In this document: positions 8,977-16,016 of the stretch, one piece after another
Numbering within the stretch: the stretch's first letter is position 1
How the letters are laid out: each line of letters starts with the position of its first letter
Source: an uncultured Arcobacteraceae bacterium
GTDB lineage: Bacteria; Campylobacterota; Campylobacteria; Campylobacterales; Arcobacteraceae
Direction of reading: 5' to 3'
DNA length: 51,837 bases
Assembly: GCA_964022095.1 (NCBI GenBank)
Contig: CAXHZO010000017.1
Span: forward strand, 1-51,837
Position numbers and translations under genes: made by a program
Notes under the pieces: generated by a model
The model's database searches: none
Seen by the model: the letters and a program-made list of their open reading frames with translations, nothing else
What the model was told of the DNA's origin: nothing

Positions 8977-9107
8977 ACATAACGGTTGAGTTAAGTGGAC
9001 GAGGGTACTTGAACACTTGATTGTTTGAACTAAATTTTAACTTTTTTAGGCTTTAAAGCTTAAATTACCGCAAGTATACCCTCGTTCACTTCTAGGATTT
9101 GTTAAAC
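8977..9107 (-). repeat. Long attC site (131 bp)
   Basis: GTTTAAC-AAATC-CTAGAAGT-GAACGAGGGTATACTTG...CAAGTACCCTCGTCC-ACTTAAC-TCAACC-GTTATGT. Confidence 0.85.
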
Positions 9108-9114
9108 AACTGTG

Positions 9115-9699
9115 TTAGCGACTACAACCTCCAAACAACTTCCAACATTCACTAATTATTGTTTCTTCCATTTCTCTTGCTAACTTTGAATATTCTTCTG
9201 CTTCATCATATGAAATTTCAAAAGAAATTTCATGAACAGCTTGATTTCTTAATTGTTGCAATTTATGAATAATCTTAATTTCTTCTTTTTGTAAAACTTG
9301 TTTATCTTCATAAAGTTTTAAAACTTTCATTAACGGTAGATGCTTGTCTGAATCAATAATTTTGTAATGTTTTGCATTACTGAATGCAGTAAATTCTAAA
9401 GCAATCCAAGATTCTACAATAATTGTTCTTGGTGAAGTTTCTAAAGTGTCTTTATTAACATATGCATTATTTGTATTTGTTATAGTTTCTGTGGGTTGTT
9501 CTTTTTTCAATTTGTCTTTTTCATTTTTTAGTTCTTCTAATTCTTTACCAAATTCTATTTCTAATTCACCATATTTAAATTTACTTGTATAAGGAATTAG
9601 TTTTTTTATATAATCTTTTAGCCACCAAACAATTATCACTATTGAAATAGGCCAAGCAATTGAGTCAACTAATGATGAGAAAAATGTTAACCAATCCAT
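9115..9699 (-). CDS. Membrane-anchored protein with C-terminal HEPN-like domain, cassette 2
   Basis: N-terminal hydrophobic helices (AWP), coiled coil, LRNQAVH (Rx4H) motif. Confidence 0.6.
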   Translation of the reverse strand: MDWLTFFSSLVDSIAWPISIVIIVWWLKDYIKKLIPYTSKFKYGELEIEFGKELEELKNEKDKLKKEQPTETITNTNNAYVNKDTLETSPRTIIVESWIALEFTAFSNAKHYKIIDSDKHLPLMKVLKLYEDKQVLQKEEIKIIHKLQQLRNQAVHEISFEISYDEAEEYSKLAREMEETIISECWKLFGGCSR

Positions 9700-9716
9700 A
9701 TTTATTAATTTCCTTT

Positions 9717-9785
9717 GTTTAACGTTTGAAATGAGCTAATAAATTACCCACAGGGTAATTTATTAGCTCCACTGATTTGTTATGT
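9717..9785 (-). repeat. attC site (69 bp)
   Basis: ACATAAC-AAATC-AGTGGAGC...GCTCATT-TCAAAC-GTTAAAC; perfect 17-bp inner stem; 60/69 identical to the site at 6400-6468. Confidence 0.93.
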
Positions 9786-10370
9786 AGGTTCTTCAATCAT
9801 ACTAGGAAATTCATAAACAAACTTAAGCAGCATTTCAACAAAAACTAAAAGTTCTTTGGCGTCTGTAGCATTCATCAATTGAATCTCATGAGTTGCTTCA
9901 TTACCTTTTTTCCTTATATGGTCAACCCAGTGTCTACCATTTGGGGGAATAAATCCAGCATCTGAAAGATAATTTACATATTCAATGAACCGCTTACCCT
10001 CGTCTGCTCCTTGATTAACAGCAATATTCATCAAAATTTTTCTGCAAATTAATACAGATGCGGTAAAACAACTTTGTCCCGTGCATTTTCTCGCTTCATC
10101 ATATAATTTTGATAGTTCATCGGGTACATTTCCAACGGAATTACCCATAATGGATTGGGGAAATTGCTGACCAGATGGCGTGATAAAAATTATTCCACCA
10201 CAACTAGGACATATATATGCGGCTCCATTCTGTGATCCACTTCCATCACTATGTAACCCAATTTTTAGCCCTTTTTCTGAAGAAACTTTGTCTCCACAAT
10301 ATCCACATTTAAAAGATAGAACATTTAATTGTTGTGGTTTATACCAATTACTTCCATTTAAAAAATTCAT
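9780..10370 (-). CDS. DUF4145 (HEPN-superfamily) protein with N-terminal CxxC...CxxC zinc ribbon, cassette 1
   Basis: CGYC and CPSC, LYDEARKC..SCFTASVLICRKILM, IRKKGNEATH. Confidence 0.78.
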   Translation of the reverse strand: MNFLNGSNWYKPQQLNVLSFKCGYCGDKVSSEKGLKIGLHSDGSGSQNGAAYICPSCGGIIFITPSGQQFPQSIMGNSVGNVPDELSKLYDEARKCTGQSCFTASVLICRKILMNIAVNQGADEGKRFIEYVNYLSDAGFIPPNGRHWVDHIRKKGNEATHEIQLMNATDAKELLVFVEMLLKFVYEFPSMIEEPT

Positions 10371-10576
10371 TTTTCTACTTTAGACAACATAATAGATTTG
10401 AAAACTTTTTCTTTAACCTCTTTCCCTGAAAACCATTGACAGACAACATCTCCATCATCAAACCCTTGTAATTTAAACATATCATCATGATGACCATTAC
10501 CAACGACATAAGAAACTGTCATTTTTTCTCCACCAGAATTAAGTTGAACCACATCGCCTTCTTTTAATACACTCAT
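10367..10576 (-). CDS. YodC/DUF2158-family small protein, cassette 1
   Basis: GDVVQLNSGG.KMTV...CQWF motif; AGGAGG RBS; ATGA overlap with the next gene. Confidence 0.82.
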   Translation of the reverse strand: MSVLKEGDVVQLNSGGEKMTVSYVVGNGHHDDMFKLQGFDDGDVVCQWFSGKEVKEKVFKSIMLSKVEK

Positions 10577-10599
10577 TGTTTCCTCCTACTTAAATTTAT

Positions 10600-10618
10600 A
10601 CATAACTATTTATTAGTA
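10600..10618 (-). other. Putative attI-like recombination site at the head of the array
   Basis: TACTAAT-AAATA-G|TTATGT (degenerate L box, 5-bp spacer, core); core complements R'' at 9779-9786; no attC stem upstream. Confidence 0.6.
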
Positions 10619-10622
10619 ATAC

Positions 10623-10656
10623 ATTATATATTAATTACCCATAAAATTACTTAATA
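10623..10656 (-). promoter_or_regulatory. Putative cassette promoter (Pc-like), copy 1 of a 34-bp direct repeat
   Basis: Minus strand TATTAAGTAATTTTATGGGTAATTAATATATAAT ends in TATAAT, 16 bp upstream of the crossover G. Confidence 0.55.
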
Positions 10657-10846
10657 GTAATACATTTTTAATGTTATGACATCAAGTTAGACAAAGCCCT
10701 ATAAATAGGCTTATTTTAATAAAATATAAAATATTATATCAAAATAAATAATATTTTTTATCGTATTTTATATGTTTAATATAGTTATTTTTGCAAGATT
10801 ATTAACATATATCCTTAATAGTTTATCAAGATATCTTAGCTATATT

Positions 10847-11212
10847 TTAAACCCAAACATCCTCTTCTGCAGTTAGTTCACTATCTGTATCACCTGTATT
10901 AACAACACCTTTTGGCTCTACAATCATAATTTTACATTCACTACTAGCTACAGGTTTGTGTTCTACTCCTTTTGGAATCACAAACATCTCACCCGAATCT
11001 AAACTAACTGACCCATCACGGAACTCAATATTAAGTGTGCCTTCTATGACAATAAAAACCTCATCAGTATCAGTATGTTCATGCCAAACAAATTCACCTT
11101 CAACTTTTACTAACTTAAACTGATAATCGTTCATTTCTGCAATAACACGAGGTGACCAGTGTTCAGTAAACTTTGAAAATTTATCTTTAAAATTTATTGT
11201 ATCAAACTTCAT
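10847..11212 (-). CDS. Cupin-domain protein
   Basis: [13 protein letters not shown] and IPKGVEHKP cupin motifs. Confidence 0.9.
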   Translation of the reverse strand: MKFDTINFKDKFSKFTEHWSPRVIAEMNDYQFKLVKVEGEFVWHEHTDTDEVFIVIEGTLNIEFRDGSVSLDSGEMFVIPKGVEHKPVASSECKIMIVEPKGVVNTGDTDSELTAEEDVWV

Positions 11213-11248
11213 TTTAACTCCATAATTTAATCTATTAATTTATAATAT

Positions 11249-11282
11249 ATTATAAATTAACTACCCATAAAATTACTTAATA
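11249..11282 (-). promoter_or_regulatory. Putative cupin-gene promoter, copy 2 of the 34-bp direct repeat
   Basis: 32/34 identical to 10623-10656 and also ends in TATAAT on the minus strand. Confidence 0.55.
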
Positions 11283-11300
11283 TATGACAATATGTCATAT
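11282..11300. promoter_or_regulatory. Palindromic operator-like site
   Basis: ATATGACA-ATA-TGTCATAT between the divergent cupin and radA genes. Confidence 0.4.
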
Positions 11301-11399
11301 TTTTTATCTTTTTTTATATGTTTGCTATAATTTTTAAGAATATAAAGAATTAAACAAAAATGATATAAAATCACCACTAGATTTTTAAGGACAATAAAT

Positions 11400-12749
11400 A
11401 TGGCGAAGAAAAAAACATCACTTTTTGAGTGTCAGCACTGTGGAGAACAAAGTACAAAATGGCTAGGAAAATGTCCCAACTGTGGAAGTTGGGATAGTTT
11501 TATAGAATTAAACCAAGACCAGCAAGAAGTACTAAAACAAACAGCAAAGGTAGTAAACACTACTTCAAAAGCAACACCAATCACTCAAATAAAACAAGAT
11601 GATGTTACAAGATTCACATCAAATAACGACGAATTTGATTTAGTTTTAGGTGGAGGAATTGTTCCTGGTAGTTTAACACTTATTGGTGGAAGTCCAGGGG
11701 TTGGTAAATCAACACTTTTACTAAAAGTTGCAGGAGCGATTGCAGCAACAAACAAAAAAGTACTTTATGTGTCAGGTGAAGAGAGTGCTGGACAAATAAA
11801 ACTGCGAGCAAATAGACTAGAAGCAAACAGTGATAATATGTACTTACTTAGTGAAATAAAACTTGAAGAGATTCAAGATGAGCTACTAAGACAAGATTAC
11901 GAAGTATGTATTATTGATTCTATTCAAACTATTTATTCTTCAAACCTTACAAGTGCTCCAGGAAGTGTATCCCAAGTGAGAGAAATCACATTTGAACTTA
12001 TGAGAAAAGCAAAAGAATCAGATATTGCTATGTTTATTATTGGGCATATCACAAAAGATGGTTCTATCGCAGGGCCAAGAGTACTTGAACACATGGTTGA
12101 TACAGTTTTATACTTTGAAGGTGAAGCTTCAAAAGAACTTAGAATGCTAAGAGGTTTTAAAAACAGATTTGGTTCAACTTCTGAAATTGGTATTTTTGAA
12201 ATGACAGCAGAAGGACTAATAAGTGCAAAAGATATTGCTTCAAAATTCTTTGATAAATCAAAAGCCCAAGCAGGCTCAGCCCTTACAGTTTCAATGGAAG
12301 GAAGTCGTGCAATCATACTTGAAGTTCAAGCACTAGTAACAGAAAGTACATATCCAAACCCTAAAAGAAGTGCCACAGGATTTGATGCAAATAGACTTAC
12401 TATGCTATTAGCTCTATTAGAGAAAAAAATAGATTTACCACTAAACAATTATGATGTATTTATAAATATCTCAGGTGGAATAAGAATCAAAGAGAGTTCT
12501 GCAGACCTTGCCGTAATCGCTGCAATTATCTCAAGTTTTAGAGATAGACCAATTTCTAAAGAATCAGTATTTATAGGTGAAGTTTCACTAACAGGTGAGA
12601 TTAAAGATGTTTATTCATTAGATTTAAGATTAAAAGAAGCACAAGCACAAGGTATAAAAAAAGCAGTAATTGCTCAAAAACCATCACTAAAACTTGATAT
12701 AAAAACCTTCCCTGTGGATGAAGTATCAAAAATGATAGAGTTATTTTAA
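11400..12749 (+). CDS. radA: DNA repair protein RadA/Sms
   Basis: C4 zinc finger, GSPGVGKST, KNRFG motif, Lon-like C-terminus. Confidence 0.98.
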   Translation: MAKKKTSLFECQHCGEQSTKWLGKCPNCGSWDSFIELNQDQQEVLKQTAKVVNTTSKATPITQIKQDDVTRFTSNNDEFDLVLGGGIVPGSLTLIGGSPGVGKSTLLLKVAGAIAATNKKVLYVSGEESAGQIKLRANRLEANSDNMYLLSEIKLEEIQDELLRQDYEVCIIDSIQTIYSSNLTSAPGSVSQVREITFELMRKAKESDIAMFIIGHITKDGSIAGPRVLEHMVDTVLYFEGEASKELRMLRGFKNRFGSTSEIGIFEMTAEGLISAKDIASKFFDKSKAQAGSALTVSMEGSRAIILEVQALVTESTYPNPKRSATGFDANRLTMLLALLEKKIDLPLNNYDVFINISGGIRIKESSADLAVIAAIISSFRDRPISKESVFIGEVSLTGEIKDVYSLDLRLKEAQAQGIKKAVIAQKPSLKLDIKTFPVDEVSKMIELF

Positions 12750-12759
12750 ATAACTCTAT
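12735..12759. terminator. Hairpin between convergent genes
   Basis: ATAGAGTTATT-TTA-AATAACTCTAT. Confidence 0.5.
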
Positions 12760-13163
12760 TCTTTTCCTACTCTTTTAGCTGCACCTGACATTAGTCTCTC
12801 TTCAGTTACTATTGCTCTTGTGTGAGTACAAGTTCCTATAAGTCCTCCTGAGTCTTTTGCTTCAATCTCAAACTTATATAGTTTTCCTTCCATTCCAACA
12901 AAAGTTGCAGTTGAAGATACAGTATCACCTTCAAGTGTAGGTGCAAGATGCTTTAGATTAACTTCAACACCAACTGATAATTTGCCATCACCTAAAAGTG
13001 GTTTCATAGCCTTTGCAGCAGAACACTCCATAAGTGCAGTCATTCTAGCAGTTGCCATAACAGGTGGGAAGTTATCATCACTAGATATCTCTAAGTTTTT
13101 TGCTAAGTCTTTATTTTTTACTACATATTCAATAGATGCTTTTGAACCTATTTCTAATTCCAT
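12756..13163 (-). CDS. Fluoroacetyl-CoA thioesterase-like (hotdog fold)
   Basis: VMATARMTALME, SVG..V...HLAPT, HTRAIV; ATG 13163 is best spaced from the AAGGAG RBS. Confidence 0.85.
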   Translation of the reverse strand: MELEIGSKASIEYVVKNKDLAKNLEISSDDNFPPVMATARMTALMECSAAKAMKPLLGDGKLSVGVEVNLKHLAPTLEGDTVSSTATFVGMEGKLYKFEIEAKDSGGLIGTCTHTRAIVTEERLMSGAAKRVGKE

Positions 13164-13277
13164 AGTCACTCCTTATTGTTTGAACTATTTTATATTTATA
13201 AAACTTAAAATCAAAAATTTCTTTTTATCTACTAATATGATTTATTTAGATATAATCGCGAAATTAAAAGGTATAAA

Positions 13278-13697
13278 ATGATTGAATTAGAAAACAATAC
13301 TGAATTTGAAATTAATCTAAAAACTATAGAAACAATAACTACAGAGTTAACAAACAGAGACGTAGAATTAATAGTAGTTAATAATAATGAAATTCAAGAA
13401 CTAAATAAAGAACATAGAAATATAGACAAAGCAACTGATGTTCTTAGCTTTCCTATGGATTTCGATTTTCCAAATATGCCATTAGGCTCAATTGTGATCT
13501 CAACAAATTTTGTTGAAGAAAAATCAAAAGAATACGGACATAGTTTTGATGAAGAGTTTACATTATTATATATTCATGGGATACTTCATCTTTTAGGATA
13601 TGATCACGAAGTAGATAATGGTGAACACAGAAGCAAAGAAGAAGAACTAATCAATCAATTTAATTTACCAAAAAGCTTAATAGTAAGGAGTTCATAA
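13278..13697 (+). CDS. ybeY: rRNA maturation endoribonuclease YbeY
   Basis: TDVLSFP and HGILHLLGYDH motifs. Confidence 0.97.
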   Translation: MIELENNTEFEINLKTIETITTELTNRDVELIVVNNNEIQELNKEHRNIDKATDVLSFPMDFDFPNMPLGSIVISTNFVEEKSKEYGHSFDEEFTLLYIHGILHLLGYDHEVDNGEHRSKEEELINQFNLPKSLIVRSS

Positions 13698-13699
13698 TA

Positions 13700-14620
13700 A
13701 TGGATATTTTAATTTTTATTGTCTCAATGGGGGCATTGATTTATGGAGCTGATTTTATTATTGAACAAAGTGAAAAAATAGCACTTAAATATAATATTTC
13801 TAGTTTTGTAATTGGTGCTACATTAGTTGCACTTGGTACAAGTTTACCTGAAATGGCAGTTTCAATGTCTGCTTCAGTTAAAGGGAGTGCTGATATTGCA
13901 GTTGCAAATGTAATTGGAAGTACAATTTTTAATATTTCACTTGTTCTTGGAATTGTATTTTTAATATCTAAAAAAATCAAGCCAGATAGAGATTTATTTG
14001 CCAAAGATTCTGCTTGGGCACTATTTCCAATTTTAATTTTTATTCTAATGGGAATTGATGGAAAACTAAATATGGTAGATGGACTTCTATTTTTACTTCT
14101 AATGGGAGCATATTTACTTTTCTTAATAAATTCAAATCAAGTTGAAGAGATAGATGAAGATTTAGCAAAAGAAGAGTTTTCATGGCCTAAAGCAATTGCT
14201 CTTTTAGTTTTAGGATTTGTATTTGTTATTGGAGGTGCTGACTTTGCTATTGATAGTGCGGGGAATATTGCAAGAGAGTTTGGAATTAGTGAATGGATTA
14301 TTGGTTTATTCTTAGTTGCATTTGGTACTTCTCTTCCTGAACTTATAATCTCTGTAAAATCTGCAATGAAAAATAATGCAGATTTAGCAATCGGTAATAT
14401 TATTGGTTCAAACGTAGCAAACTTTACTATGGTTTTAGGACTTGCTTCAATAGTAAATCCATTAAATATAGATTTTAATGCTTACTTCTTTGATATAGCA
14501 GCTGCAACAATAGCAACACTTATGTTAGTATTTATAACTGCTAATAAACTTTATAATAAATCTGCTGGAATTGCGTTGATGGTAGTTTTAGGATTAGTTA
14601 TTCAAAACACTCTAGCATAA
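13700..14620 (+). CDS. Calcium/sodium antiporter (YrbG family)
   Basis: Two GTSLPE alpha-repeats, GNIIGSN. Confidence 0.92.
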   Translation: MDILIFIVSMGALIYGADFIIEQSEKIALKYNISSFVIGATLVALGTSLPEMAVSMSASVKGSADIAVANVIGSTIFNISLVLGIVFLISKKIKPDRDLFAKDSAWALFPILIFILMGIDGKLNMVDGLLFLLLMGAYLLFLINSNQVEEIDEDLAKEEFSWPKAIALLVLGFVFVIGGADFAIDSAGNIAREFGISEWIIGLFLVAFGTSLPELIISVKSAMKNNADLAIGNIIGSNVANFTMVLGLASIVNPLNIDFNAYFFDIAAATIATLMLVFITANKLYNKSAGIALMVVLGLVIQNTLA

Positions 14621-14628
14621 GCTAGAGT
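14609..14628. terminator. Hairpin between convergent genes
   Basis: ACTCTAGC-ATAA-GCTAGAGT. Confidence 0.55.
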
Positions 14629-14641
14629 AGTTTCAAAAGTT

Positions 14642-15040
14642 TTATTGACACTTATTACAAGTACCACTTAAAACAATATCAGTAGAATCAATCTTGAATC
14701 CACTGATTTGTGAAGCTTCATTAAAGATAGTACTAGCATCTAGTGTTATATCTTCAATATGTCCACAAGAAGAACATACTAAATGAGCATGCTCAGCTTT
14801 CACTAGCTCATATACTGATTTGGTATTTGGTATTTTTACTTCTGATAAAAATACTTTTTCAACCATTGCATTGATATTTTTATAAATTGTAGCTAATGAT
14901 ACTGATGGGAATTTTGATAATAGTTTTTTATATAAATCATCAATATTCATATGACCATTTGTGTAAAGTTCTTCTACTATAGCTACTCTTTGTGGAGTAA
15001 CTTTTAAATCATACTCTTTAAGTAAGTTAGTATAGTTCAT
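14642..15040 (-). CDS. perR: Fur-family regulator, probably PerR
   Basis: LKVTPQR, SLATIYKN, HAHLVCSSCG, CNKC; divergent from rubrerythrin genes. Confidence 0.8.
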   Translation of the reverse strand: MNYTNLLKEYDLKVTPQRVAIVEELYTNGHMNIDDLYKKLLSKFPSVSLATIYKNINAMVEKVFLSEVKIPNTKSVYELVKAEHAHLVCSSCGHIEDITLDASTIFNEASQISGFKIDSTDIVLSGTCNKCQ

Positions 15041-15285
15041 CTTTACATCCTTTCGCGAAATTTTACTATATTAATCTTTTAGTTTCATATAATATATATT
15101 TAATACATAAAATTAACACTAATTAATTATAGCACAAAATTTGTTAAATGATAAACTTTTTCGTTTAAATCATTAAATTTAAGCTTAGCTAAAGTTTCAA
15201 TACTTTATACTTCCAAGATCTAAAGGAAAAAAATTATCCTTTAATAAAATTTATAATAATATTCAAAATCAAAAAGGAAACAAAT

Positions 15286-15948
15286 ATGAAACAATACGAA
15301 ACTTATAAATGTAACACATGTGGATGTGAAGTAGAGGTTCAAGAAACAGGAACAAATGCAAAACTATCTTGCTGTGGACAAGAGATGGAAATGATTACTG
15401 AAAACTTAACAGCTGTTAATTTAATGAAAGCCTTTGCAGGTGAATCAATGGCTAGAAATAAATATGAATTTTTTGGTGATGTTGCATTTGAAGAAGGGTT
15501 CCATAAAATTGCAAGATTCTTCAAAGAAGCTGCATTAAATGAAAAATATCATGCAATGGCAGAGTTTAAAGCATATAATAAATTAGTAAATAATATAGAA
15601 TTAGATAGTACAAAAAACAATATCCAATATGCAGCAGATGGTGAGAAATATGAACACGAAGAGATGTACCCTAACTTTGAAGCAATAGCTAAAGAAGAAG
15701 GATTAAAAGAGATTGCAAGAATGTTTAAAGCAATTGGAAAAGTTGAAGTTGAGCATGAAAAAGAGTACTTAGAATTAAAGCAAGCTTTAATTGATGAAGG
15801 TTTCTTAGAATCAGATGAGGAAGAAGAGTGGGTATGTGAAGTATGTGGACATGTACACAGAGGTAAAAAACCACCAAAACAGTGTCCTTTATGTGCAGTT
15901 GAAAAAGAGTATTTTAAGAAAAAACCAACTGATGTAACAGCAGGGTAA
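15286..15948 (+). CDS. rbr: Desulforubrerythrin (desulforedoxin + ferritin-like + rubredoxin domains)
   Basis: CxxC...CC, AFAGESMARNKY, ExxH pairs, C-terminal CEVCG...CPLC. Confidence 0.9.
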   Translation: MKQYETYKCNTCGCEVEVQETGTNAKLSCCGQEMEMITENLTAVNLMKAFAGESMARNKYEFFGDVAFEEGFHKIARFFKEAALNEKYHAMAEFKAYNKLVNNIELDSTKNNIQYAADGEKYEHEEMYPNFEAIAKEEGLKEIARMFKAIGKVEVEHEKEYLELKQALIDEGFLESDEEEEWVCEVCGHVHRGKKPPKQCPLCAVEKEYFKKKPTDVTAG

Positions 15949-16016
15949 CATTATACTTACTTAAGTAAATAATGTTATAATTTATCAATAATTAATATAA
16001 AATAATAGGAGAATTC

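Larger units (their letters stand above)
5972..10618 (-). mobile_element. Integron gene-cassette array lacking an integrase gene (CALIN), six cassettes
   Basis: Co-oriented, short-leader ORFs, each followed by an attC; reciprocal core-site complementarity in 6/6 cassettes; no tyrosine recombinase ORF in the window. Confidence 0.9.

Noticed and set aside
8963-9016. N-terminal extension of ORF 8480..9016
   Set aside because: It runs through the attC. ATG 8962 has a good RBS just inside the cassette boundary.
6400-9785. Intergenic palindromic repeats read as a CRISPR array
   Set aside because: Units are 68-131 bp, non-identical and separated by whole genes rather than 30-40 bp spacers; no cas genes are present.
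6400-9785. The same hairpins read as plain terminators or REP elements
   Set aside because: They have fixed AAC/GTT boxes, 5- and 6-bp spacers, a conserved extra base in L'' and cassette-wise core complementarity, none of which terminators or REPs explain.
10847-11218. Cupin gene as a seventh cassette (GTTAAAA precedes its ATG)
   Set aside because: No matching R'' or attC stem after the stop codon, and it has its own promoter-like sequence.
10620-11399. Integron integrase expected next to the array head
   Set aside because: No ORF with tyrosine-recombinase motifs on either strand; only the cupin gene and AT-rich non-coding DNA.
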